A stretch of 64,000 nt of DNA from Octopus vulgaris (GCA_951406725.2 OX597830.1:64356001-64420000), one strand, 5' to 3'; counted from the stretch's first letter, positions 1 to 14,596 are shown. The notes: generated by a model not told the origin, from the sequence alone. Numbers and translations are program-made.

Positions 1-69
<69 letters not shown>

Positions 70-235
70 TGACGGGCTTCTACACAGCTTCCGTCCACCA
101 AATTTACACACAAGGCATTGAACAGTCCGGGGCTACTGTAAACCACACGTACCCAATGCATCGTTCAGTGGGAAATTTGCCCACTATTCTTAGCAAATGA
201 ACTGACCACATAGCAGCTTCATTGTTGCCGCATGA

Positions 236-297
236 TTCGGGTTTTGATAAGCTTTCTTTGTTCGCGCGAGTAGAATATGGGCGAAACGTATGCTGAA
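236..297 (+). ncRNA. Degenerate hammerhead-like motif with U3-A8 core
   Basis: TTGATAA-gct-ttct...agaa-tatg-ggc-GAAA-cg-TA; stem I is imperfect. Confidence 0.38.
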
Positions 298-661
298 ATT
301 TAATTAATGTTGAATCAATCATGTTTGGTTTGTCCAAAGCAATTTTCTCAGCTTTGACTTTTTTTTCAGATCTTATTTCCCTTGTTCTCTTACTGATGTC
401 CCTGGAGTCAATTGGAACTTTAGTTGCACAAATTTTGCAAAACAATTTTATTCATAAATTCTCTACGTTTTTAAGAATTTCTTTCCGTTTTTCTTTTGTG
501 AAAGCTAAGTTGATTTCAGATAAAGATACTCTCTTACGTAGTTCACTTTGAGTTGTATCGTCAAGAGGCTGGCTAGGATTTCAGCTGATAGCTTCAGAAT
601 ACAAAGGCACGCACACATTTTCACATACATACATACATACATACATACATACATACATACA

Positions 662-693
<32 letters not shown>

Positions 694-915
694 CACAGGC
701 ACACACACATATATAAATATATATATACACACATATACATTTATATATATATATATACTTACATATATACATACATATAAATATATATACATTTATATGC
801 ATATATACATTTATGCATAAATACATGTGTGTGTGTATGTATATACAGGCAGAGGCGGTGCTCCAGCATGGCTACAGTCAAACTGGCTGAAACAAATAAG
901 AGAATAAAAGAATAT

Positions 916-957
<42 letters not shown>

Positions 958-1059
958 AGAGAGAGAAGAGAGAGAGAGATGCGCGCACATGCATGCACAT
1001 ACATATGCATATATATAAAACTACATATATATATATATATTCATATAGTATATATAATG

Positions 1060-1091
<32 letters not shown>

Positions 1092-1157
1092 CATGCGTAT
1101 GTGATTATATTTATATTTGCATTTATATTTATCTATATGTAAATACATAAACAATCA

Positions 1158-1211
<54 letters not shown>

Positions 1212-1727
1212 GGGATGTATGTACTTTTGACGCTCACACATATCTATGTTTCATGTCATATCATATAATATGATATCATACGTTATATTATATACAGAAG
1301 CTAAAAGACAGCATTCCTCTGAAATTCTCGTTCCCGATATCTGACGATAGTGAAAATTGGAACGTAATGCAAAGTAAAGATTTGATTGGATAATGTAATT
1401 GATGCAAAAAGAATATTAAAGCAGACGCTATACAAAGTAAAATAGAAATATTATCAACTAAAGAATATAAAGAATTAAATAATGAGTGTCCATGCGATTT
1501 ATCTGCCAGAGAAAAGAAGAAAGGAGAGAAAAAATTGGAAGAGGAACTTGTGTGGAGAGGAATTGCTAAAAATATGGGTACTGGCGAAGAAATGGGATAA
1601 AATCATATAGGCACATGGTTCCGGGCTTAGTCCCACTGCATAGCACCTGGGGCAAGTACCTTCTAGAGCAAGTGCCTTGTGAGTGGATTTGGTAGATGGA
1701 AACTGAAAGAAGCTTGTCATATACATG

Positions 1728-1828
<101 letters not shown>

Positions 1829-1857
1829 ATGTGTATGTATGTACGTATGCATGCATG

Positions 1858-1912
<55 letters not shown>

Positions 1913-2065
1913 ATGTATGTGTGTGTATGTATGTACGTATGCATGCATGTATATATGTGTGTGTTCGTGTTTGTAACCCCAACGTCGCTTGACAACCGAG
2001 TCAGACGCCGTGATAGATCGTTAGCCACCACACACATTTTTTCTCTCCTTGTTTTTTCTGTGTCC

Positions 2066-2101
2066 CTTTCTGTAGAGGAGCGTAGGCTCGAAACGTAAAA
2101 G
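2066..2101 (+). ncRNA. Minimal hammerhead-like motif (CUGUAGA, A6U)
   Basis: cttt-CTGTAGA-g-gagc-gtag-gctc-GAAA-cg-TA-aaag. Confidence 0.65.
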
Positions 2102-2209
2102 ACTTTTTCTATTCTTGAGCGCTATACTAATACATCTGTTTGTTTTGTAGACCACCTGTTTTCGTCTTTTGTTTTTTTTTTCGTAAACTTTCCCTATATA
2201 TATCACGCG

Positions 2210-2541
2210 CTCACGTGGTCTCACTTGTTGATCCTATCTTCTCTACCACTACGAACTTTTCTCCACTGGACTTCTACCTCTACGGATACTTACCCTCTGG
2301 CTGCACCTTTGGAAACTTTATTTTTACTAATGAGTATGTTGCTGATTTAGAAACTTCGAGAGAACGTGAAATAATCCTCTTTGGTGGTGGTGGAGTCTCG
2401 AAACAGATAAAGATATAAATAATAACGTGCAAATATTGAGTTAGAAAACCGTTCAGATGGAAAAAAAATATGGAAGGCTACTCTATCAAACATAAATTCT
2501 GCTCATAATTTGCTTAAATTGCTTGCGTATTTCCCTCATAT
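2210..2541 (+). pseudogene. Highly decayed Tc1/mariner 3' fragment
   Basis: SPLDFYLYGYL resembles the PLDF.LWGYLK motif; ends in a TIR-like ...ccctcaTA. Confidence 0.4.
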
Positions 2542-2592
2542 TTGATTACTTCGATACTAAGAAGACGAAGGAGGAGGAGGAGGAGGAGGCGG

Positions 2593-2954
2593 TGTAGTAG
2601 TAGTAGCTGTTGTAGTAGTAAAAGAAGTAGTAGGAGGAGGAGAGGCAGCAGAGTAGTAGTAATAGTAAAAGTAGTAGTTGTAATAGATGTAGTAGTAGTA
2701 GTACTAGGTGTAGTAGTAGTAGTAGTAATAGTAAAAGCAGTGGAAGTAGTAGAAATAGTAGTAGTAGTTGTAGTAGTAGTAGTAGTAGTAGTAGTAGACG
2801 AGGGAGAAGAAGAAGCAGCAGTAGTAGTAGTAGTAGTAGTAGTAGCAGCAGTAGCAGTAGTTGTAGTAGTAGTAGTAGTAGTAGCAGCAGAAGTAGTAGC
2901 AGTAGTAGTAGCAGCAGTAGCAGTAGTTGTAGTAGTAGTAGTAGTAGTAGCAGC

Positions 2955-2994
<40 letters not shown>

Positions 2995-3080
2995 ATAGCA
3001 GCAGTGACAGTAGTAGTAGTAGTAGCAGCAGTAGCAGTAGTAGCTGTAGTAGTAGTAGTAGTAGTAGTAGTAGCTGTAGC

Positions 3081-3115
<35 letters not shown>

Positions 3116-3185
3116 CAGCAGAAGTAGTAGCAGTAGTAGTAGCAGCAGTAGCAGTAGTTGTAGTAGTAGTAGTAGTAGTAGCAGC

Positions 3186-3225
<40 letters not shown>

Positions 3226-3299
3226 ATAGCAGCAGTGACAGTAGTAGTAGTAGTAGCAGCAGTAGCAGTAGTTGTAGTAGTAGTAGTAGTAGTAGCAGC

Positions 3300-3342
<43 letters not shown>

Positions 3343-3393
3343 ATAGCAGCAGTGACAGTAGTAGTAGTAGTAGCAGCAGTAGCAGTAGTAGCT

Positions 3394-3427
<34 letters not shown>

Positions 3428-3434
3428 CTGTAGC

Positions 3435-3472
<38 letters not shown>

Positions 3473-3476
3473 CAGC

Positions 3477-3511
<35 letters not shown>

Positions 3512-3515
3512 CAGC

Positions 3516-3550
<35 letters not shown>

Positions 3551-3558
3551 CAGTAGTA
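2593..3558. repeat. (GTA)n/(GCA) trinucleotide array with higher-order repeats
   Basis: Marker gtaatagcagcagtgaca recurs at about 2992, 3223 and 3340. Confidence 0.92.
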
Positions 3559-4213
3559 ATTTATTTAGTATTGGACAAGTTCGTTATTTATCATCCTCAA
3601 ATCCCGTCGAGGTCATTTTTGCTTGTAAAAGCCAAATTGAGGTCGTTTGAACTGAACGCACAGAGAGGACGTACCCATCGTCACAAGGAACTAAACCTAA
3701 TGCTCTACCGATTCTGACGAATACAAATCATAAAAAAACTCCTTCAAAGCAAAGGAAATAATGAAAACACAACACAACAATTTTATGGTGAAATTTCTTT
3801 ATTCGATTTTACACTCGCCCGAGTGTTAATTGCAATATAAATATGTAGTATATATATATATACAGCTATAAACACATGCACTGGAGTATATACAACAATA
3901 AACACGTGCAACCGAGTTTCAAAGGTGTGTATACATTCTTTGAACTCCTGTAATGTTAGCATATGTTTAATAATATTTACAAAAAAAGGAATATAATGCA
4001 TTCACAGACACACTTCGCAATCATTTCCATTCGTGCATTTATCACCCATTTACATGTTATGCGCATGCATACTCTCGTATATACAAAATATTGTGTGTAT
4101 GTGTGGTGTTTGTGTGTGTGTGTATGTGTGTTTGTGAGTGTGCTAAAACGTAAACTTTCTCTGAGAAACCTATACATATTGCAAATTAAAAACGTATTAC
4201 ACGAACAAAAATA

Positions 4214-4499
4214 CAGTAATGCCTCGATATTGAATTAATTTGTTCTCGGAGGCTGCTCGTAAAGCGAAAACTCGTAAAGCAGAGCAATAGTTTCGCATAG
4301 AATCAAGGAAATTTTATGCCGTCTTTTTACTCCGTCGCTACATGTAGCTGTGTAGACGCGTCAGAACTAGTGTTGCCACATGTTGCGACTTTGCCACACA
4401 CACAAAATGGCTGTTTAACCCTTTTACAGTATATCATTAAATAAAACTCGTAAACCCGGGGTCTCGTAAAGCGGGTCTCCGTAAAGTGAAGTATTACTG
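4214..4499. mobile_element. Tigger/pogo-like MITE
   Basis: TA|CAGTAATGCCTCG ... TGAAGTATTACTG termini; internal ctcgtaaa repeats. Confidence 0.65.
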
Positions 4500-5065
4500 T
4501 TTATATATATATAACTACCTAAAATTAAGTAAATACCTATACATACGTATGTGTGTGTCTTTACATATATGCATATATGCGTATGTGTATATACATATAT
4601 ATATATATATATATACTCACGCACACAGAAGCATTCATAAGTATATATATATATATACATACATACATACGCCGCACAGCACAAACAGAAATACACACGC
4701 ACATACATATGTATATATTTGCAGACACGTTATTGTTAGTGTATAAATAAAAAATGCATATACCTACGTACATGTGTGTAACGCACCCTAGTATGCATAG
4801 TCTTTGTGTGTGGATGTGTGTGTGCATTACAAATAATATGTATATGTATTTATACATACATATATCTACACACATGTACATTCATATACATACACACACA
4901 TATATACACAAGCACACACAGACACATGTGCATTTATATATACACCCAAATATATATGTGTGTAAAACACACACATATATATATGTGTACATAGATACAT
5001 ACTTATGTACAAACATGCATACATATATACAAACATATATATATATATATGCACACACTCACACA

Positions 5066-5107
<42 letters not shown>

Positions 5108-5228
5108 GATACACACACACGTGTATAAACGGTTCAAAATATACAGAAAAATATGTAAACACACACACAGATTGGTAGAACAACAAACAAGGTGTATTAG
5201 TTTAACGCTCAAGGAGAATGGAAGAAGG

Positions 5229-5264
5229 GTTTAACGTTTCGAGCCGATGATCTTCTACAGAAAT
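5229..5264 (-). ncRNA. Minimal hammerhead-like motif (CUGUAGA), same family as 2066
   Basis: Minus strand reads attt-CTGTAGA-a-gatc-atcg-gctc-GAAA-cg-TT-aaac; downstream sequence is similar to the 2066 copy. Confidence 0.58.
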
Positions 5265-5765
5265 GAATGAAGAGAGAAAACAGATGGAGTGAGAGAAAGA
5301 AAAATGCATCTGAATCAACTGTTACTACATGTCAACTTGAGTGTTTCGTATTGCATACTGTACCCGAAGGAGAAGTTTCCTAAACAGAAAGGCAGCGACA
5401 ATAAAATTCAGGATCCAGCATATCTGACCAGACGTACAAACATGCCGTCTTTTGTGCATAGTTCACAAATTCATACTGAGCTGTGCAGAAATATTTGTTA
5501 ATTTGTCAATCATTCCACCAAATAACTCACGGAATGAAAATTCGCATCACTATTACAGATAATTTCTGCTTTAAGGGTTATTTATTCCTGGCTTTGTCAT
5601 CAAGAAGCCGTGTAACATGCTAGAACACTCTCCCTGATTTAGTTTTGCTTTGCTTTGTTTTGAGCAGCGAATTTATATGTATTTACAGTCGCACAACGGA
5701 AAAGCCAGGATCTTTACTTGTTCTAGGCGTCTATTCGAAGCTGTGTGAGCATATCTGTCTATTTG

Positions 5766-5841
<76 letters not shown>

Positions 5842-5842
5842 C

Positions 5843-5921
<79 letters not shown>

Positions 5922-5922
5922 A

Positions 5923-6201
5923 ATGATTAACAGTAGAAGCACAGGTGTCAATCAATTTCGGCCATTTATAGTGATTCGGCTACTATCTCATACTATTTCG
6001 GTGTCAACTGAAATAGTAGCAGAGTCACTGTAAATGTTTTTGCTCCGTGGATTTTAAATTATGTTAAATCATTTTCAATGTCCTTTATTTCGAAGTTCGT
6101 GAACTCATCTGACGAAAACGGTTTCTTTACAATGATGTAATGTAATGAATCATTACAAACGGTTGTAATTGATTGACACCGTTACCTCTACCGTTACTCA
6201 T
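5923..6201. mobile_element. MITE of unassigned superfamily with ~55-bp TIRs
   Basis: atgattaacagtagaagcacaggtgtcaatcaatt...gtgattc versus reverse complement atgagtaacggtagaggtaacggtgtcaatcaatt...atgattc. Confidence 0.75.
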
Positions 6202-6455
6202 ATTTTTATTCACCTTCCACAGAATCTTCCCTTCGTAAATATTATGGACATTATATTTAATACAATGAACATGTCCCAATAGTTCAAGAGTGGGTTGCTT
6301 CACTCAGCAGGGTCTAATTGTCTACATGCACTGCAAGAATAACATTCGGACGGTACTTATGTACCAGGTTTGATATTTACATAATATTGTTGCGTGTGTA
6401 TATTATTCCGACGTAACGAGGTGCCTCAATTTAAGTACCTAATTCAACTGAATCT

Positions 6456-6534
<79 letters not shown>

Positions 6535-6866
6535 GTCTGTCTGTTTGTCTGTCTGTCCACATATATGTATGTGCGAGTGTATATGCGTATAGATTTATAA
6601 CCTAGATATATGTATACTCAATACATGCAGGAGAGCATGAAAATTTATTCAACACTCACAGTTCCGTTGTAACTTTGTGTCCTCTATGTATTCGCAAACG
6701 TCTAAGCAGTTGCTAAAATATCGCTGGACACTCACTCTCTCACTCGTTTAAAGAACTATGTACAGTTTACCTGGTTTGCGCTTTTGATTTTGCACATTAG
6801 AAACTGTAGGAAAAAATGAACTGATCACAAGTGGTAGGCTCAGAATAGTATTTACTCTCTCTCTCT

Positions 6867-7085
6867 CTTTTTTACTCTTTTACTTGTTTCAGTCATTTGA
6901 CTGCGGCCATGCAGGAGCACCGCCTTTAGTCGAGCAAATCGACCCCGGGACTTATTCTTTTGTAAGCCCAGTACTTATTCTATCGGTCTCTTTTGCCGAA
7001 CCGCTAAGTAACGGGGACATAAACACACAAGCATCGGTTGTCAAGCAATGCTAGGGGGACAAACACAGACACACAAACACACACA

Positions 7086-7125
<40 letters not shown>

Positions 7126-7291
7126 TACGACGGGCTTCTTTCAGTTTCCGTCTACCAAATCCAACTCACAAGGCTTTGGTCGGCCCGAGGCTATAGTAGA
7201 AGACACTTGCCCAAGGTGCCACACAGTGGGACTGAACCCGGAACCATGTGGTTGGTAGACAAGCTACTTACCACACAGCCACTCCTGCGCC
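6867..7291 (-). mobile_element. tRNA-derived SINE family A, full length
   Basis: A box tggctgtgtgg, B box ggttcagtccc, internal (TA)/(TG) repeat, tail ggtgctcc.gcatggccgcagtcaaatgactgaaacaagtaaaag; many copies in the window. Confidence 0.9.
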
Positions 7292-7344
7292 TATTTGATG
7301 TAAATCTTTATTGTATTAGGATAAGTTTTACTCCCTTTTCTCAC

Positions 7345-8900
7345 GGATCTAGGACAATTCACCGTAAGGCATTTCGCCGTAGCACTATTCGCCGTAAAAC
7401 AATTAATTCACCGTACGGATATTTCGCCGCAAGAACATTTTCTAGTAAAGCATAAGAAGAGAAGGATAAAAAATATATATAATGAAGACCTTATACTTAA
7501 TTTTAAAATAATGAAGGTCATGCACTTTATTTAAAAAGTTAAGCTATAGAACTAAAAAGCTAAAAATCATGTAAATTCATTGAAATTGCACGCATATAAT
7601 ATTGGTTTTGATTTCAATCGTAACTTCCGACAATGCGTTTGTAAACATCTTTGTATTTTTTCTTGGTTGCAGTTTCTTTTTTTTTTGCTGCATGGTTTAC
7701 CTTCTTTTTAGAAAGAAATTCTTCTTTTCTCAAGACATTGAGAAGTTTCCGTAAATTTGGATGAGTATTCGTAACAGATGCTTGCAGCGCATTATGGAAG
7801 CCTTCTACTCCATTGTTGGTGTTGGCCGGCTAATTTAGGGTTCTTTCATACATATTCCAAAGACCGATAAGAAAAGTAGGAAGAACTCTACGTCTACGAG
7901 TTCCCTTGCCTCTCTCGCCACCAATGTAATGTGTTCCAAAATATGCCGTAAGTTCTTGTGGCAAGCCATCATCATTCACAAGCTCTATAAATGCATCGAT
8001 GGTGTCTAGAGGCGGGGTGAATTACTTTTGTGTTAAAATCACAATCAAGTTGATATCGCACCTTAAGCCCAATATCTGTCACCTTTGTGTAAACTTTTAC
8101 AGAAATGAAAAAAAAAAAAAAAAAAAAAAACAGCCTGTCACATTTGCAGATGGAAAATTGTCTGGAAATCTCAGGAAACTAGCTTGTTCAAAATCAATCA
8201 TTAAATTTTCAGATCTTAGGAACTCGAGCAATTCTTTAACCTTTTGAAAAAAACTTATTGCCTGAGTCAAGAGTCTTATTCGGAAGGAGACCGTAAATTC
8301 GTGGGATGCATACATGTCCTATGTTGACATGCAGAGTATACAACTGATAATGAATTTCAAGACAAACCTGTTGATACTGTTTGTATCAACACACTTCCAA
8401 TAGACCTTGCCTCCATATTTTCTTTGTTGCCTATAAATAGAGATAGAGTCGTCTACGAGCTTACCATAACCTCTGCTGCTTTTAACAGTATATGACATCG
8501 TAAGAGTTTAAGTTTCAAATTTTACAGAAAAATAATGTAAATAATGTCGAGGTAACCTCTCAAAATAAGCTTTTTGCTTTTGAATTCTCAAGATAAGCCT
8601 GTTATTTTGTTTTTTTTTAAATGTTAAACGACTTTCTGCTTTTAATTTCTCGTTTTAGCATTTAACGACGCAGTTTCAAATTTAAACGACCTTTCAGTTT
8701 TTAACCGAAAATGGCTGCTGTTAATACCGTTCCTTTATCTACGTTATTTAATTAACGTAGCAATTTCAAGTTTCTAAGCTTTACGGCAAAATGTCCTTTG
8801 CAGCGAAATATCCGTACGGCGAATTGTCTTAGTCCTACGAATAGTCCTACGGCCAATTGTCCTAAGGCGAATTTGTTTACGGCGAATTGGCCGGTCAGCC
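7345..8900 (-). mobile_element. Internally deleted MULE (Mutator-like) transposon with long repeat-containing TIRs
   Basis: About 100-bp TIRs built from ~15-bp (acaattcgccgta) units; GG...CC ends; flanks tttctcac / tttctcaac form a near-perfect TSD. Confidence 0.85.
7560..8498 (-). pseudogene. Decayed FLYWCH + MULE transposase
   Basis: MSYTVKSSRGYGKLVD...VYWKC (FLYWCH-like), LMIDFEQA..FPSANVTGCFF, LWNMYERT..NTNNGVEGFHNAL..HPNL; contains stops and frameshifts. Confidence 0.82.
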
Positions 8901-8993
8901 TTTCTCAACTACTCTTTCTACTATATTCCAAAATACTTTATTTCTATCATTCCATCAGCCTACCTACCTAATTTCCTATATTATATATATAGG

Positions 8994-9171
<178 letters not shown>

Positions 9172-9338
9172 TATATAGGTATATATACAACTACACATGC
9201 ACATACATATATACATCTGTGCAGACATATACACATGTGCATACGTTCATACATAACTAAAAGTTTATATACCTTGTTTGTATGCCTGTATTCATATATG
9301 TATGCATGTATATGTGTATATATTGTATGCATATATAT

Positions 9339-9391
<53 letters not shown>

Positions 9392-9656
9392 GAACACTGA
9401 CATATATCTACTATATCTAATATATACACATCCACTTGTATATATTCATACAAGATTCATATGTGCGCTTGTGTGTGTCCGTATGGGTGCGTATAAAGTA
9501 TAAATGCCGATATACTTATACGTACATATATTTATATATGATATATGAATATTACTATCGTTTACATGTATGTATGTATATATATATGTGTCGATAAATA
9601 GAAAGATCTGTCTCTCTGTGAAAGTATGTATGAACGTATGTGTGCGTTCGTGTGTA

Positions 9657-9687
<31 letters not shown>

Positions 9688-9860
9688 ATGCGTGTGTTCG
9701 CGTGAATTCATACATTTACTTAAATATACGTATATTTTATTACAAGTCGGCATACAAGGGCAAATAAACATTTATAAGTTCATAAATGGATATTTATATG
9801 TATACAAAAGAAAAAAAAGAATAGAATAAACACAATAACAACATTGATAATAATGATAAC

Positions 9861-9909
<49 letters not shown>

Positions 9910-9944
9910 TTAATAATAATAATAATTAGTAATAATAATAATCC

Positions 9945-12880
9945 TTTTTACTGTAGGCATAAGGTTTGGAATTTTGAGGAAGGAGGTAAGTCGATTACAT
10001 CGACCCCAGTGTTCAACAGGTACTTGATTTATCGACCCCGAAAGGATGAAAGGCGAGGTCGAGCTCGGCGGAATTTGAACTCAGAACGTAGCGACGGGCG
10101 AAATACCGCTAAGAATTTCGTCCTGCGTGTCGCCTTAATAATGATAATAATAATGATGATGATGATGATGATGATATCAATAATACCATTTTCCTGTATA
10201 TTTATAAGGACTGTAATGTTTCGTGGGTGGGGGAGAATAGTCGTTATGTCGACCATATAATTTAACTGGTACTTTAGTGTATCAATTCCTGATAGATGAA
10301 AATTTAAAAAAATGTCGACCTGGGTGCGATTTGAGAATGTGCAGAATCGTACAGAATCGGAGCAGATAACGGATTGTATAATTATTCGGTGGATTCTAAT
10401 TATTGCAGCAAAAAATGTACGGCAAAGTTAAAAGAAATACATTTAAAATTTGTTTTAAATAGCAGTTTAAATAGTCGTAGCTTGCTTACCAACCACATGG
10501 TAGCGGGTTCAATCCCATTGCGTGGCACCTTGGGCAAGTGTCTTCTACTGTAGCTTCGGTTCGGCAAAAGAGACTGATAGAATAAGTACTAGGCTTACAG
10601 AGAATAAGTCCTGGGGGGTCGATTTGCTCGACTGAAGGTGGTACTCTAGCATGGCCAGAGTTACATGACTGAAGCAAGTAAAAGAGTAAAGAGTTCGATG
10701 TTTAAATAAAATAAAATTACTTTGGGTAAGTTCTCGTCGTCGTCGTCGTCATCACCGTCATCACCGTCATCACCACCACCATCACCACCATCATCATTAT
10801 CATCATCGTCATCATCGTCGTCGTTCTCGTCATCGAAACGATTTAAGTTAGAGAACATTGGTTAGAATAAGAACAACAATATTTACAATATGTATAAAGA
10901 AGATGGCGAACTGGGAGAGTCGTTAGCGAGCCGGACAAAATGCTTTTTGCGGCATTTCGTCCGTCTTTACCTTTTGAGTTCAAATTCCGCCAAGGTCGAC
11001 TTTGCTTTCCATCCTTTCCGGGGGGTCGATAAAATAAGTACTAGCTGAGTACTGGAGTCGATGTAATCGACTTACTCTCTTCTCCGATATTGCTGGCCTT
11101 GTCACGCCGAGCGAAATGCTTAGCGGTACTTCGACCCTCGCTACGTTCTGAGTTCAAATTCCACCGAGGTTGACTTTGCCTTTCAACGTTTAGGGGTCAA
11201 TAAATTAAGTACCAATGAAACTCTGGGGTCGATGTCCTCGACTAGTCCCCTCCCCACAAATTTCATGACTTGTGCCTTAGAAAGGTTATTACTGCTCTTA
11301 CGACAAAATTTGAAATCATTAATTATAATGTATGTAAAGAACAGCAGCAACAGTGGAGGCGCAATGGACCAGTGGTTAGGGTAGCGGACTCGCGGTCGTA
11401 AGAACATTGTGAGTGTTTATTGAGCAAAAACACCTAAGCTCCACGAGGCCCCGGCGGTGGTGGTGGTGAACCCCGCTGTACTCTCTCACCACAACTTTCT
11501 TTCACTCTTTCTTCCTACTTCTGCCACAAAGCAGAGGAACCATGGTGTAACCCACTTTCAGACCCTAGTCTAGATTGCGAATCCTTGGTACTCCTAGATG
11601 GTTCAGCTCTCCACCCGTTAAAAGCCACCGTTTGCGGAATGAGGATAACAACGTAGCTTTCGTGCCCGTGCAATCGCCAGTCTATCGCGTGTGGTGGGTG
11701 GATCTTCAAGTTGCCGCACGCATTCTTTGTAGCTTAGAGTAAGGCTCGAATTAGAGATTATTCTTTGTGGCTAATTACGTGAGTCCTGATTGGAAGAAGA
11801 AGATAGCAGCAACAACGACAGCGGTTACTGATCTAGGCACAACGCCAGCTCTTTTGAGAAGAGGGCTAATCCTGTTGATTGGTACTTCATTTTAATGACC
11901 CTGAATGCGATTAAAGGCAAAGTTAATCTCAACAGGATTGGCAGAACAAAAAAAGCGCCTGACAAAATGCCCGGCTGTATTACTTTACGATCTGAATTCA
12001 AATCCTGCTGTGGTCAACTTTGCCCTTCACCTTTCCGTAGTCGATAAAATAGAATACTAGTCTTAGACACTTGATGGTATTGACTTACCCTTGCTCTCAA
12101 AACTGGTGGGTCTGGGACCAAAGTGCAAACAATTATGACTAAAAGAATAGCAGTTTAAAATTTTGGCTCAAGACCAGTAAATTTAGTTGGAGGGGTGAGT
12201 CAGTAATATCGATTCTACTGCTCATTTGCTACTTAATTTATCGACCCCAAAAGGGCGGGCAGGAATGTCAGCGCGTCGCCTAATAAGGACTTCAAATTAT
12301 TGCCACAAGGACAGCTTGTGGGAAGGGGTTAAGTCGATTACATCAACCCCAGTGCGTAACTGGTACTTATTTTATCGATCCCGAAAGGATGAAAGGCAAA
12401 GTCGACCTCGGAGGAATTTGAACTCAGAACGCAGCGATGGGCGAAATAGCGCTAAGAATTTCGTCCGGCGCGTTAACGATTCTGCCAGTTCGTCGCCTAA
12501 TAATAATTATAATAATTATTTCTAAATTTGACGAAAAGATCACCAGATTTTGAGGGTGGGGGTTACCCATTTACATCGATCCCAGTATCTGACTGGCGCT
12601 TTATTTTATCGACTCCAAAAGATTGAAAAACGAAGTCGATTTTGCTGATGTTTGAACTCAGAGCATTAAGATGCAGAAGTGGCGTTAAGCATTTTTGTCC
12701 AACGCTCTAACCATTCTGCCAGCTCACCGTTTAAAGAACAACGACTATAATTCTTTGTGAAATTTTTGAGGGGAGGGGTTATTCGATTACATTGATCTCA
12801 GGGCTCAACTTATATTTGTTTCATCGACCCCGGAATGATGAAAAGCAAAACAAGCTTTGATGGAATTTGAACTCAAAACG
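9945..12880. mobile_element. Cluster of tRNA-derived SINE family B copies on both strands
   Basis: Repeated gagttcaaattccgccgaggtcgactttgcctttcatcctttcggggtcgataaa (B box plus a central domain resembling the Meta/MESC domain) at about 9945-10135, 10903-11280, 11937-12125 and 12160-12880. Confidence 0.82.
10479..10693 (+). mobile_element. SINE family A, internally deleted
   Basis: Head joined directly to tail. Other fragments lie at about 70-170, 850-910, 1605-1720, 14930-15135, 31045-31153, 37695-38210, 40100-40250, 43022-43186, 55297-55405 and 59840-60350. Confidence 0.82.
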
Positions 12881-13989
12881 TAATGTGGAAATAATTACAG
12901 GAATAATGACAGAAATAGGATACCAAATATACGATGTCAACAAGAACACGGGGAAAATGCAAAAAATATGCAAAAAATGCAAAAAGAAGATTGTCCAAAA
13001 ATTATAATATAATATTTGAACAAATAAATCATGTTTTTCTATTATTTAAATATCTTTTTTTTTATATTCATTCAGAATTGTCTTTTTTTTTTCTGTTATG
13101 GTTTTGAGGTTTATTGTGTGTATTTTAGTAGTGTTATTATTATTATTCTTTGTTTTAAATAGATTTTTCTTGTTGTCATTTTCACTTCAATTTTTATTAT
13201 TGACATGAATGTTTTTTAAGGTTACACATTGTTCCTTCTATAAAAAATTGTTGCCATTGTATGTGTTTTTTTGATTTTCTTTTTAATAATCAATTTTATA
13301 TGATTTAATTTATTTTTCAGGAGATTTCTGTCTCAATTTCATTGTATTTAGCTTTTTTGGTTTTGAATTTTAATAGTATATCACAAAAAAAAAATAAAAA
13401 GTACCTATTCAGATGTTTTACAGAACTGCGATAAAAAATGAGGAAAGAAATCTTCATAACCATCATCATCAACAACAACAACAGCAGCAACAATAACAAC
13501 AGTGGCAGCAGCAGCAGCAGTAGTAGCAGCAATAAAAACGATAACAACAACAGCAACAACATAAACGAATCATAAGAGCCGGTCAGGAAAAAAATCACTC
13601 CTCATCTGGCTGGAATGCAGGGCAACGAATGTATTTTTAAAGGTTTCCGTCCCGTTTTCTTCAAAATGTAGGCACCGATTTCTATACACCTGCAATGAAA
13701 AAATATATATTTAAATATATAGTTCTCATAACTAAATAGATTTTTGCATTTCAATATGTAAATGTATGTATGTATGTATGTATGTATGTATGTATATATT
13801 ATATATATATATGTATATATATACAGATCGATAGACAGATGTGCATGCGTGTGTATGTGTGTGTGTGTGCATGTCTATGTGTTCGTGTTGTATTTGTACC
13901 CTACCACCCCGCTTGACAAGCGGTATTGTTTTGTTTACCGTTCTATATATATATTTGTACGTGTACATAGATACATATCTATTTATGTA

Positions 13990-14051
<62 letters not shown>

Positions 14052-14372
14052 GATCCACCAGATCCACCCAGCGAACATCCACCATGGGTCATCACAATTG
14101 CTTAAGGTAAAAATGAATTCCTCGCTCTTTCGGAAACATCAATCTTCTGTATTGACCGCTTTCCACCACTTTGATCTGTTTTTTGTATTGAATACGTATC
14201 GCCACCGTGGGCCACTGCATCGAACACTTTGAACATATACTTCAAACTATATATCAACTATACATGAACTATATATCAACTATACATGAACTCTAAGATG
14301 TCTGACTCCGTTGTGTATTATAAATGAATTTCTTGTGTTTGACGGCATGAGCTGTCTTTTTTTATATATAAC

Positions 14373-14416
14373 TTTTTTTGATAAGGTTCATTTCAGGAAC
14401 TGAAACATGTTATAAT
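14373..14416 (+). ncRNA. Minimal hammerhead with U3-A8 core, stem I decayed
   Basis: TTGATAA-ggttc-atttcag-gaact-GAAA-catg-TT; same stem II and III as the 29598 copy. Confidence 0.55.
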
Positions 14417-14596
14417 GTATATATAGAAATAAAAAATTGTATAATACAGCAGCATTTTCGAACTTCATTTTTTACAAATATATATATATATATATATATA
14501 TATCATAAAATATATATATATATATATAATGTGTGTATATATGTACATATATAACTGTATAGTAATATATCATAATACATATATTCTCTGATTACA

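Noticed and set aside
2542-3717. 391-aa poly-Val ORF, and a Thr/Ala mucin-like reading on the minus strand
   Set aside because: It is a (GTA)n array. The minus Thr frame is preceded by a stop with no start codon or splice acceptor, and similar arrays occur throughout the window.
7345-7440. Short regularly spaced repeats suggesting a CRISPR-like array (also 38690-39480)
   Set aside because: No unique spacers or cas genes in a eukaryotic context; explained as MULE TIR subrepeats and a minisatellite.
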